In this document: one piece after another, positions 26,519-48,518 of the stretch | Layout of the letters: each line of letters begins with the position of its first letter | Numbering within the stretch: position 1 is the stretch's first letter | NCBI GenBank assembly: GCA_012295275.1 | Contig: CM022669.1 | Span: 14,136,001-14,200,000 of the forward strand | DNA: 64,000 nucleotides | Source of the DNA: Chrysomallon squamiferum | Taxonomy: Eukaryota > Animalia > Mollusca | Reading direction: 5' to 3' | Notes under the pieces: generated by a model | Seen by the model: the letters and a program-made list of their open reading frames with translations, nothing else | Databases searched by the model: none | What the model was told of the DNA's origin: nothing | Position numbers and translations under genes: made by a program

Positions 26519-26960
26519 TATTAATAATAATAAATAATGATAATAATAAAAATTAATAGTAGTAACAACTTAAATATCATCATAATTGTTTCTATAAAAA
26601 TTAATGATATGAATAATAACATAATTAATAAAAATAATAGTAATATGAATATGAATAATAATATAATAATAATATGATCAATACTATAATAATAACAATA
26701 ATAATAGCAATAATAATATTTATAATAATACAAAAAAATAGTAATATCAGATTAACAATAATCACAACAACAACAACTGCAACAGTAATAATAAAATAAA
26801 AATAAAAATTGAAATAATCATAATAAATATTATAATAATAATAATAATAATAATAATAAATTAAAATAAAAATTAAAATAAAAATTGAAATAATCATAAT
26901 AAATATTATAATAATAATAATAATAATAAATTGAAATAAAAATTGAAATAATCATAATAA

Positions 26961-26995
<35 letters not shown>

Positions 26996-27159
26996 GTAAT
27001 AATAATAATAAAAAATAAAAATTGAAATAATCATAATAAAAATAATAATAATAATAAAATAAAATAAAAATTGAAATAATCATAATAAATATTATAATAA
27101 TAATAATAATAATAGTAATAACTTAAATAGTGAACATTTCAGTGATGTTATTTCATCAC

Positions 27160-35715
<8,556 letters not shown>

Positions 35716-35999
35716 CTTATAATCTAAAAAAAATATATACATATATATATATATATATATAAGTAAATGTTGATTTAAAATAATAAGAAGAAGATGGCTA
35801 TAAGTGTGTTTAAATTAAGATATTTTCGAGAAATTGTTTCGTAATTATTTCAAGCGCCATCTTGATTTTTAACGATTTGTCTGTTTAATGATCTAAGTTA
35901 TGACGTACTCGTATACCCACCCTCACGCACACTAACTCACTTATATAAGCGCGAACATGTACTATATTATATACGATAATATAATAACAACACTTGAAA

Positions 36000-36636
36000 A
36001 TAATAATAATAATAATTGTGTTGTCTTTTTTCATTTGTTATTTAGTTATTTTTATTAGGATAATAACAGTTTTATGGAATTTTAAGAGTATTTTCGCCGA
36101 TAGTGATAACAAAATGCTCTATCGTAAATCGTGTTTATATACTCCAAATGGACACGTGTTTGTCAGAAATTGTCAAATGACCAACTATTATAAAATGTTC
36201 AGATCACATTGTTTCACAGTTATTTATTGCATCAGTAACCATGTAGGTACGTCCTCTGACTAAAATAGGCCAATAATGTTAGCTTTGTTTGACATCCAAC
36301 AGCCGATATTTTTACATTCAAAATATCTGATTTCAAATTACGTATAACCAGCAAGTATAAACAGGAAGTACTCTGACCCTGCAAGAGTTACTAATTTTTT
36401 ATTTTTTATTTTTTTAACTGCGAGATTTAAATAATTTCATTGTTATTTTGCAAAGTGGGCATATTCCCTCTAGACCATCCCTTCCTGTGTTTTGGCCCTG
36501 AAAGTATAATTAAAATACAGCACTTCAGATAATATTTACTAACACGTTGTTCCTGAATTCTACAAACAGTCTTGGGAGCCAAATGTCATCAAGCAGTTTC
36601 TGAAAATAGAGACCCTTGGCTACCTAAACCAATAGT

Positions 36637-36667
<31 letters not shown>

Positions 36668-37372
36668 CAAGAATGCAGTGTCAACCCTCTTTGCTCCCGG
36701 ACTAAAAGTATGAAACTGATCCACTGTGAAATAGGCAGTATTCTCATACTCCATTACTTACTAGTAACTACTGACCTATGTTTTCTTCTTTTATATTATT
36801 ATTATTATTATTTTTATTTATTTATTTATATATTTATTTATTTATTTATTTATTATTACTGTTGTTGTCTTTTCCATTATTGTGAAACGCATCATATCAA
36901 GGACATTATTATTTTGCGCTGATAGCATTATCATCTTTCTAAAATACCGGATCCGTCGATATCCTCTTTTATAGTTATAGCCATATTTCAGTATGTAATG
37001 TCAATTTCTTTACACGAACCTAAATGAACATGACTATCAAAATATATGCATGCGTACGTACACATATACATACAGACACATATACACACACTTATAGGCA
37101 CACATGTACACATAATTACATTCATACATTATATACATAAACACACACATACAAACAAAATACACACATGCCTGCATGCTTATTAGATGGCTATGAGGGC
37201 GACTTGTAACTATAAAAATGCATATTATAAAAACATGTATGTGTGTGTGTGTATAAATTTCTCTGGATGTGTGGGTGAGAGATTAAGCACGAAAAAATAA
37301 ACAGAAGAAGAAATACAGTTCATATATGTTGTGAAATCGAGATCATGCAAGCGGCGCCAGACACTGAAAAGA

Positions 37373-37416
<44 letters not shown>

Positions 37417-37445
37417 GATATATCCATAACCAGGAAGCAAATAAG

Positions 37446-37515
<70 letters not shown>

Positions 37516-37705
37516 CAATTAAAAATAATAATACTATCTTTGTTGTCTTGTTTCATTTGTTATTTAGTTATTTTTCTTAGGATAATAACAGTTTTATGGA
37601 ATTTTAAAGAGTATTGTAACTGACAGCGACAACAAAATGCTCTGTCGTAAATCGTATTTATATATGACTGACCTATGTTTTTTTTTTTGTTTTTTTTTTT
37701 TTTTT

Positions 37706-37786
<81 letters not shown>

Positions 37787-39079
37787 GTGTTTTTTCCATT
37801 ATAGTGAAACGCATTAAACCGAGCAAATTATCACTTTGCAGTGGTAGCATTGTTGTATTTCTAAAACACAGGATTCGCCCATATGAAGGACGATATCCTC
37901 TTGGCTGTAATCATATTTTAGTATTTAATGTCAATTCGTTTCTTGTAACACGTACATAAAAGAACATAACTATCAACATACATGCATACGTACGAATACA
38001 CACATACATACACACACTTATATATGCACACATATTCACATACATACACTCAAACATTATATAGACATAAACTCAGATACACACACCTACATAGGCCTAC
38101 ATACACAGAAATACACACACATACTTGCATGCCTGCACTTGTAACAATAAAAATATATCTTATTATATAAATATATATGTATGTGTATACACACATACAT
38201 ACACATGTACATATATAAATTGTGTATTATGAATATTACAAATATATAGATGCATAAATACGTACGTACACACAAATACACACACATATACAAAGAGTTA
38301 CGTACGTTAATTCTGAGCGATAACTTAATAAGATCAAAATAAAGAAAAAAGAAATCAAATATACAGTTGTTATTCACTTACCTTTTTATAAAATCTGAGA
38401 AAATGTTGAAAGAAACAGTGAATCGGTTCGAAGCGATCACACTAGAAATTTGTTTTCCCCGGGAATGTCTCCGTGCTTATAGCTAGGGCAACGCGTCCTA
38501 ACAGTTAGTCATTCCGGGTTTTCCACTTTTCCCAGAAATTAACGAAACATTTATAATTCTCTATTCCCTGAAGGTCATTTCTCTGGAGGTGTGGGTGAGA
38601 GATTAAACACGAAAAATAAACAGAAGAAGAAATACAGTTCATATATGTTGTGAGATCGAGATCATGCAAGCGGCGCCAGACACTGAAAAGAAATAATAAT
38701 AATAATAATAATAAAAAGATATATCTATGACCAGGAAGCAAATAAGTCATTATTTTTTTTTTTTTTTTTTTTTTTTTTCACGTTGCAAAGGCTAACCTTG
38801 GCGTCATTTACGCGCTTAAGAAACAAAATGTATAAAAAAATAAAATAAAATAAAATAAAATAAAAATTTCTACAAGCACGCTGTATAGTAATTTTGCACA
38901 AGCTTCTGAATATTTGGTTATAGCATTAAAAATAAATAATTTGAAATAATAACAACACTCTCCCGGATTCGCTTTTAGTCTGATAGACACAATCTCGCAT
39001 TTAATAAGTTGTTACGACACGAAGCAAGCTTTTAACGCCAAGCCAAACAATAAATCGATGAGTAGTTTTGCGTCCAAAT

Positions 39080-39122
<43 letters not shown>

Positions 39123-39312
39123 CAATTAAAAATAATAATACTATTTTTGTTGTCTTGTTTCATTTGTTATTTAGTTATTTTTCTTAGGATAATAACACTT
39201 TTATGGAATTTTAAAGAGTATTGTGACTGACAGCGACAACAAAATGTTCTGTCGTAAATCGCATTTATATATGACTGACCTATGTTTTCTTTTTGTGTTA
39301 TTCTTTTTTCTT

Positions 39313-39365
<53 letters not shown>

Positions 39366-40312
39366 TATTATTATTATTATTATTATTATTATTGTGTTTT
39401 TTCCATTATAGTGAAACGCATTAAACCGAGCAAATTATCACTTTGCAGTGGTAGCATTGTTGTATTTCTAAAACACAGGATTCGCCCATATGAAGGACGA
39501 TATCCTCTTAGCTATAATCATATTTTAGTATTTAATGTCAATTTGTTTCTTATAACACGTACATAAAAGAACATAACTATCAACATACATGCATACGTAC
39601 GTGCGTACGAATACACACACTTATATGTGCTTCTAGCTAGGACAGTGCTGCCCAACGTCCGGACCACGAAGCCTTAGAATCCGGCCCGCTAGTCGGTCTT
39701 CAATTTATTCCTGAATTATTCAATAAAATTGTTTTATTATTGAAATACAAAGCCATTTATTTTGAACAAATGTTTTTTTTTTTTTTTTTTTTTTTTTAAT
39801 CTTGATCAATTGTTAAATTTGTTTTATAGAATGTAAGGTTCTAAATGAAAATTTTTAATGGTCATTTCGTATTCATGTAATATCTGGAGACTAGATAATT
39901 TTTTGATGGCAGTTAAGAAGGAATAGAAATATGTTTAAACTGAGTTATGAATTAAAATTGTATAATGGATAATTTCTATAAATAGAATAATGGCATCAAT
40001 GTTTTCAGTTCTGAATACTTTTTCAAACCATTTCAAGTAGTTGTATTAAAAAAATGAAAGGCTAGGAATGTGAGTCCGGCCCACTGGCATCGTTTTTTTC
40101 TTAAATCCGGCCCATGTTCGGAAAAGGTTGGGCAGCACTGAGCTAGGGCATCGCATCCTAACACTTAGTCATTCCGGGTTTTCAACTTTTCCCAGAAATT
40201 AACGAAACATTTATAATTCTCTCTTCCCTAAAGGTCATTTCTCTGGATGTGTGGGTGAGAGATTAAACATGCAAAATAAACAGAAGAAGAACGATCCCTA
40301 GAAATGCATTTC

Positions 40313-40375
<63 letters not shown>

Positions 40376-40640
40376 TAATAAAAGTAATAATAATAATAAT
40401 AATAATAAGATCTATCCATGACCAGGAAGTAAATAATACTTTTTTTTTTCGTTTTTTTTTTTTCCTTTGCAAGGGCTATACATGTCATGATTGATGCATC
40501 ATGGCAACATCATTTACGCGTTTGTGTTCAACAGCCTGTCGAAACACTAAATGGATGAGCAGTTTTATTATTATTATTATTATTATTATTAGAAATTAAA
40601 AATAATAATATTTTGGTGGTTTGTCTCGTTTATCAGTTAA
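36000..40640. repeat. Triplicated composite intergenic unit of about 1.5-1.6 kb (copies start near 36000, 37520 and 39120; a fourth remnant near 40600)
   Basis: These blocks recur in the same order in each unit: TCATTTGTTATTTAGTTATTTTT..AGGATAATAAC, ACTGACCTATGTTTT..TTTCCATTAT.GTGAAACGCAT, and TTTCTCTGGA.GTGTGGGTGAGAGATTAA..ACCAGGAAG.AAATAA. Confidence 0.88.
39643..40140. mobile_element. Non-autonomous hAT-type DNA transposon (MITE), 498 bp
   Basis: Perfect 14-bp TIRs CAGTGCTGCCCAAC / GTTGGGCAGCACTG. 8-bp TSD AGCTAGGA / AGCTAGGG with central TA. Subterminal TCCGGCCC motifs. The paralogous empty site GTGCTTAT-AGCTAGGG-CA is at about 38473-38490. Confidence 0.9.
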
Positions 40641-40747
40641 TTTAATTTAATTTAATTTAATTTAATTCATTATTATTAAATGGCGAAGACAGATAAACTC
40701 TGTAGCTAATGACGTATGTGCATTCTGCTCACTGGGAAAGTGTCAAC

Positions 40748-41310
40748 AGAAAGAAAAATGTTTTAATCAAGATACATTTAAAATACGTTTAATGTAAAAT
40801 TAGTTATATGACGTCGTACCTATATTCAAGATACATTCAAAATATGCTTAATGTAAAGTTGCTTATATGGCGTCATTCCTATATTCAACATACGTTCTGA
40901 ATATTTTTGACGTAAAGCTGATTATAATGACGTCGTTCATGTAATCAAGATACGTAATGAATATATTTTATGTAAAGTTGGATATATGGCGTCATACCTA
41001 TATTCAGGATACGTTCTGAATATGTTTAAAGTAGGTTATATGACGTTATTGCTATGTTCAAGATACGTTCTGAATATGTTTAATGTAAAGTTGGTTGTTG
41101 ACGTCATTCCTATATTCAAGATACGTTCAAAGTTCATTATATGGTGTCATACATATATTCTCGAAGCTAAAAGGAGCGAGGAAACCTGATACCGCCACAT
41201 TATTTGATATTCGTTTTTCGACTATACAGCCAGGAATCTTTTATATGCACTTTTACCACGGACAAGTAAGCCGATAACGGGGCCTATGGTGAACCAGTTT
41301 GGTGACAAAA
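40748..41310 (-). mobile_element. Degenerate SINE relic (Nin/Deu-domain-like gastropod SINE); head not visible
   Basis: GAGGAAACCTGATACCGCCACA...TTTTCGACTATACAGCCAGGAATCTTTTATATGCAC...CCACGGACAAG...GGCCTATGGTGAACCAGT resembles, from memory, the reverse strand of an abundant gastropod SINE. Not verified by search. Confidence 0.55.
40768..41160. repeat. Minisatellite of about 59 bp, about 6.7 diverged copies
   Basis: Unit CAAGATACGTTCTGAATATGTTTAATGTAAAGTTGGTTATATGACGTCATTCCTATATT at 40768, 40827, 40886, 40946, 41005, 41059 and 41117. Confidence 0.9.
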
Positions 41311-42069
41311 ATAATATAAAAATATATGCTGGAACCTAAAACAAATCGTTGTGCTTTTTAAACCGCATTAAAATCGTTAACATCTAAAAAGCATTCCCCT
41401 TTACGCGGTAAATAACGTATATAAATAAATTTAAAAAAATAAATCAGTATATTATGGCACGATTATAGTCAGTGCATGTTGCCCCATGTAACAACAACGA
41501 AAGAAAAGAAAAGACAAGAAACATACAATGTTGAGACATAATACAGCTAAATAAAAATAATCAATAACAGAAGTAGAAAATGAAGTAGAAATTATTTGTA
41601 ACAAGAATACATTTAAAAATTGTTATTGCTATTCTTGTTGTTGGTGTTGTTGTAATTTATTATTTAAAAAAATATTTAAAAGTATAGCACTTAAAAGAAA
41701 AATGTATTATTATTTTCTATTCGTTTCTGTAGATTTAAATTTATGCTCTGTTTAACACCAACGCTGCATATAGCCCAAGGACATATAACGTCAAAATATT
41801 TCATTACTTTGTCACTCTGTCATTTTGTATATAATAAAAAATACACTACAGTCACTCCACTGTTAATCTGTTAGAAAAAAAAAAAAAATCATGCATCTAT
41901 GTATATGTATGTATTATTATTTGCCTAAGTGTGTTTGTTCAGGTGTGCGTGAAAGATAGGTTTAAAACCAATAAACTGATTTATACTAAGATTTTAGTTC
42001 TTTCCTAGTAAGGGAATTAATTATTGTTACTGTCAAAATGTTTCATGAAGATGAGTGTATTGATGTAGA

Positions 42070-42130
<61 letters not shown>

Positions 42131-42191
42131 AGATGAGAGGACTCAATCTTTTCAGAATTTTTGTAACACCCTGTCCGTCTAAGTTAACCGA

Positions 42192-42251
42192 AACTACCCA
42201 GCAATGCATTTCCGGTGTGACGTCATTGCATCATCGATCGTCAAAATGGCG
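42192..42251 (+). promoter_or_regulatory. CERT1 core promoter cluster: ZNF143/Staf-like, ETS, CRE and YY1 motifs
   Basis: AACTACCCAGCAATGCAT (Staf-like), TTTCCGGT (ETS, 42209-42216), TGACGTCA (CRE, 42218-42225) and AAAATGGCG (YY1, 42243-42251) are packed into 60 bp, about 110 bp upstream of the ATG. Confidence 0.65.
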
Positions 42252-42362
42252 ACAGTGAAAACCTGTCTTATCTCACTGGAAAACATTATTCAGTGAATCT
42301 AAAATGTAAAATTATTTTATTAATTTCTTTAAACTCAGAGGTCATGTTAATAAATATTTAAA

Positions 42363-43237
42363 ATGTCGGAAGAGAGAGATATTTTGAATTTGACGGATGA
42401 CGAAGAGGAATATGACGACGAACAGGCAATTCCCGAGTTACATGGAACACTGAGCAAATGGACAAATTACCTTCATGGCTGGCAGGATCGGTATATTGTT
42501 CTCAAAGATGGAACGTTAAGTTATTATAAATCAGAGACAGAAACAGCATTTGGCTGCAGAGGTGCTGTTAGTTTAACTCGAGCATCTGTTATTGTGAGTA
42601 TATATCAAGTTCGTGCTTGCTTCTTTCCTTAAATCATAATTAACGGTGTGGGCGTTTACCTTTCTGCAGAACTAAAGCTTTTTAAACGTTTGTATGTTGT
42701 GAGAGTTCTGTACAGTATACTGTTTATTTTCAAGTCGGACCAAACTTATGCGCTTTAATATTTCAATATTGTTTAAATAAAATCCGTTACCAGTGTTATT
42801 GTCGAAACCTTTTTCTGACGAAAATTATGAGAAAGAATTACCATTATGTTGCTTGACATTGTTACGTGACTAATTGTTTGTCAACATACTTTATTCTGTA
42901 GCAGTATTTTTATTATTTTTTAACTTCCATTGTCAGCCTCATCAGTTTGATGAATGCCGATTCGATGTCAGTGTCAATGACAGTGTGTGGTATCTTCGTG
43001 CAGGAAGTGTCGATGAAAGACAGCAGTGGATAGATGCTGTTGAGCTGCATCGTGTAAGTTTTTATAAAATCATCTATTAGTTTCTAATTTATAGCTTATC
43101 ATATCTGTTGCATCTGTAATCAAACACGTGTCTTTTTTCTAGTAATCAACTGTATATTTACACTTCAACATTGATAGGGCATTTGTAATTTTTAATACAT
43201 TGTATAATCAATAGATGTGAACTGATTGCTAAACATG

Positions 43238-43283
<46 letters not shown>

Positions 43284-46200
43284 CAGAGGTTTGCTCTGCA
43301 ATTATTTTCAACTCTTTTGATAATTTGTCAAATAAAATTGAATTTAACTTTATTTATAAAATTATGTTATGTTTTGTTACAGAAACCACTGGAATTAAAA
43401 GATCTGATCAGTTTTTATTTAAATTTTTTAAAAATACATAATTTATAACATTACTGTCTATCTTCACAGCAAGCAGAATCAGGGTATGGCAGTGAAAATA
43501 ATCTTCGTCGCCATGGTTCCATGTTGTCACTTACATCAGGAACCAGTCTGTCTACTACCTCAACTTCGTCATTTAAGGTATGTACACCTACAACTGCTGT
43601 TTCCTATACATGTTGCAGTTTGAGATATATGTTTTTTTTTTATATAAGTAAAAACTTCATTTTCCTCTTCATTTTTTTTGAGTGATAAACATTTTCTTTA
43701 AGTTTTAACATAGAATATTAATTATTTGTCTTTTTATGAATACTTCTTTCCTTTTTAACTGTTTTCTTATATTATTATTTTATTTGTTTATATTACTTCA
43801 CTTTTTCATACTGTTAAACTCTAGTTTAAAGGGGTTTTAATTTTCAGTTTATTTAGTTATAATCAGGGTGAATAAATCTGCCATATAACTTCTATAAAAT
43901 CCTTACTGAATAACTTTTTAATTTTTAAAACTATAGCCTGATTTAACTCTGTCTAGTTATAATATTTTAAAAAGTTTTAAAATTTTAATATCAGAATGAT
44001 CATTAGTAAAGGTGTAACAGTTTTTTTAAAGAACAAGCATGTAGATACTAATATACAGTAAATTAAGTTTGACATAAAAGAGAGAAAAATTTATTTTTAT
44101 CAATGAAATAAGATTCAGGCTGAAAAACAAAACCAGTTTCATATTGTAATTTATTTATTTATTTATTTATTTATTTGAGTTTTAAAGAATTCATTTTTAT
44201 GCTGTGACAGTAAATGGGAAAAATATCAACATATGAAAGAAATAAGAATCAACTATTTTAATTTTAAATTTATCTGTTTATTTATTTATTTATTTATTTA
44301 TTTTTATCTTTACAAAATTAAATAATCGTTTGGGTATAATGTTTTTTGGTGTTTTTATGAACATGAAAATAACTTTGCTTAAAGTTATTGTTTTTTTTCA
44401 GAGAGGGCGAGGACTCAAGGAAAAGCTGATGGAAATGGAAACTTTTCGAGATATTCTCTGTCGTCAGATTGATACCCTGCAGAGCTATTTTGACAGCTGT
44501 GCCTCCGTGGTTTCACATGGAGCACTTCACGATTGTAAGAAAGACATTTCTTATTTTTAAATATTTTTAATTTCTCTTTCTTTTATTTACGTTATTAAGG
44601 TGAACTTAGAGTTTATTTAAAATGGTACAAGTCGTACATTCATTTTTGACTGTGATATTGTTAAAAAAAAATATGTAGTGACAGTAAGTTGCTCATTTTC
44701 TTTGCACTGTTTGCTTGTCTCTTTTTGTGTTATGTTTTTTTAAATTATTATTCAGTTAAATGAAGTTATTATAATTGTATGCATATTTAATTTAAGCATA
44801 ATACACATGCAAACACACATGCATACTTACATACTTGCATTTTAAGTGTAAAGGTCCATTATGGAAGTTTCAAGTACAGAGTTTCTAAACTTAAGCCTAG
44901 GAACTAAAAATAAATTAAAAATATGTTTGTTTCTAAATACCAGTGCCTGAAGCTGATGACATTTATGATGATGTTGACATTGATTCGTCAGAGCCTAGTG
45001 CAGAAATCCATGGACATCAGGAGAAATTCGAGGATTTCAAAGGACAAGATTTGGGTAAGCAGCCATTTCACATGTTGCTAATACAAAGACAACAGTGTAA
45101 CCCTCAAAAATATATCTGTCCAAATAATTAGGTTTTGTTTAGTACTAGCAGAGTTTTCAGTATATTTGGGGTTTTTTGTTGGTTGTTGTCACTTTTGTTT
45201 CCTCTTGAGACAAAGACCGTAGCAGTGTGTTATTAATGAAGGAGAAAACGTGTTACGGGATTGGAGCAGATCTTGAAACCTTTCAGTTCCCTTAGTTTTA
45301 TTTCATAAATGATTATTAATTATAATGCCACTGTTGGCAGAATTGTTTATTACTGACAGAAAACTTTCATGTGGAATAGCTATTTGTAGAATATTTTGCT
45401 TAGTTTCAAATTAGTTGTTCCTTACATTGATTCAAAATATAGATATTTTTATTTATTACTCACTTTAATTATTTCTCCCATCATTGCTTTTTTATTGTTT
45501 TCTCTGTTGCTATCCATTAATGGGTTGTTGTTTTTTTTGTTGTTTTTTTAACTCTTACAATGCAATTACAATTAACTGGACCACTTTTTTTGGGGTACTT
45601 TTCTGTTTTCATAAACTTCTGACAGAAATAAAAAGTAATTTCCCATCTTCCATGACCTTTAAAACAAAATAATATAAAAAAAAAAAAAAAAAAAATATTA
45701 ATTGATAATAACTCGTGACCTGAACTGCATTGTGCTCAACAAATGAGCATTTGATGGTCAGTAATACTTTGTGATTGAAAATGAATTTCTCTTCCGGCAG
45801 TATCGGTACTACAACAGCATGGTGGGCACGCCGTTGACTTCAAAGGAGAGGCGTTCACGTTCAAGGCAACCACGGCAGGGATTGTTGCTACTCTGTCCCA
45901 CTGCATTGACTTAATGTCACAGAGAGAGGATTCCTGGAGAAAAAGACTGGAAAGAGTAAGTTCACTTGGGGAAAAAAAATATATATATATTATCCAAATT
46001 TTAAGTAAGAAAAAAGATTTTTAACTCAAATTATCCAGTTTTTTTAAACCCATTAAATACAAGAAGATCAGGAAACATTCAACACTTGGTTGAAAATCGA
46101 GATCTGATTTTTTTTTCTTACAAAGACGTGTTAACTGGCTTCCATTTTTGTATCTTGTAAAACTGAATATTGTTATAATTTCTGCTAAAATATATATTTT

Positions 46201-46821
46201 TTTCAACTATTTGTAATCTTGTTCTAATTAATTTGCACAAAATTTCACTTTGTACACACAGAGGAGTAAATATTCTACCCTTTTAAAACTTTTATTTGTG
46301 GTGGCATTTGTGTTCTCGTTTTGCTGTAGTACCTTGTACAGACTGTCAACCTTAGTGGCATTTTGAATTACTGCAGTGATGATAAACTTTTATGACACAT
46401 AATGCATTTATTTCAGTAAAGTCTGAATCGGTAATATCTGTTAATATTTTAGGAAATTGACAGGAGGAAAAAACTTGAAGATTTGCTGAAACATTCCGAA
46501 CGACCCAAACCTATTGTAGTTGGTGGTCCCGATTATGAGGTAACATGTTCTTCAAATTATTAAAAAATATTTCTAATCATTTAAAATAAAACTTTATTTT
46601 TAAAGCCCGTTTGATGTTGCTGAAATTTGTTTATGTCATTGTTGTCGTTGTTGTTGTTGTTGCAGGAGGGGCCCCACTGCATGATCACTGAAGATGAGTT
46701 CTACGATGCTGTTGATGCAACTCTGGACAAAATGGAAAGAGAAGAGGAAAAGGTAGACATAATATCATTATTTTGTGTTTAAATAAATATAAATAAAAGT
46801 TTCTTGCCATGTGGATATATG

Positions 46822-46887
<66 letters not shown>

Positions 46888-48102
46888 AAAGGTTACAAAG
46901 TTTTTGAAATGAAATAACAAAAAGAATACTTGCATAAATAAATATCTGTTTTTTTTTTGTTTTTGTTTTTTGATGTATACATTTGTATTGATATTCATTT
47001 TCACCATTTTTTCCATGAACAAACTGTTTCCTTAAGAAAAGATTCTGAAAAAAAATGAGTATATTGTAAAACCTTTGTCTGATAAATGATTTTTTTGATT
47101 TTGTAGAAATTGAAAGAACCCATTACACAGCCTCCAAAAATATCACTGCCTTCTTCACATGAATATTATGCAGAGGTATGTAATGTTTTGAGTAGCAGAT
47201 TTGATCAAGTTAAGCCATTGCTTTTTCATATTGAAACAAGAAAGAAAGAATGAATAAATAAATAATAACAAAAATATAACATTAGTATTGTTGAGTTATT
47301 TTTGATTAGTAGTATTGAGAGCAATCCTTTCAGGCATCAGGATTTCAGAAATGTACTGACCCTTATTTTAAGAATACATTTTCAAAGGCAGATGTATGTT
47401 GGAAAACCTTCATAGAAGATCTTTAGTAGAGAAGTTTTTAAATTTTTAATTTTGTTTATTTCCCAAATGTTGTTCTATACATATGTACATACATACATTT
47501 ATGCTGCGTAACCACACATTAATAAAAGATGCAGATTTATGTTTATAAATATTAAAAAAGAATAATAATAATAATAATAATAATAAGAAAAAAAAAAAAA
47601 TATATATATATATATATATTTTTATTATTAAATCTGTTTAGATCAATAAAATTGTGAGTGATCATTTGTTCCGATTGAATGAACGGACAAAAGATGGTCA
47701 GGACACTTGGCAGCTGATTGCTGAAGACGGAGATCTCAAGGTTTTCAAACGAGAAGTCGAGGAAAATGGCATTGTTATTGATCCTCTGAAAGCAACGCAT
47801 TTAGTGAAGGTATTTTTTTTTTATTGTCACTTTGAAAGAAACTCACTTAATGAAGGGTTATTTATTTTATTTATTTTTGTCACTTTGAAGAAAAAAACAA
47901 CATTAGGTTAACAGTAATTTTTAGGTTATGTTGAAAAAAAACACCACATTTATTGAAGGTAATTTTTTTCTGAGACTGATAAAGAAACATTTAGTTAGGA
48001 TATTTTTATTGTCACTGATTTTAAATCTGTGGACAAAGGTCATTGTTAAGTTTTTTTAAATTTGATTTTACTGCTTGATGTGTCAACACACTCACACACA
48101 GT

Positions 48103-48144
<42 letters not shown>

Positions 48145-48487
48145 TACATATACATATATGCACACATATATGAATATATATATTTAAGTTGTTAACTTGA
48201 AAAGATCATTAAAATTGGTTTTTAACAACTTTTCTTTCTTACAGGGTATAACTGGTCACGAACTCTGTCACTATTTCTGGGACATTGAATACAGAATGGA
48301 ATGGGAAGGTATGTAATTTGAACTAATATTTGATTTGCTGCAGTTTTTATTTTATTTTATTGATAAAATGTTATTCAAAAGAATGTTTTACCAGTTCAAG
48401 GGTTAAATATTTTTATGCAGATTTTAAAGGAGGCTTTTATGAAATTATTTCTGTATAATAAAACGCAGTTTACCCAAAATAATTCAG

Positions 48488-48518
<31 letters not shown>

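Noticed and set aside
46376-46425. GTGATGA...CTGA in CERT1 intron 6 as a snoRNA
   Set aside because: Only 50 nt, no terminal stem, and too close (under 30 nt) to the acceptor.
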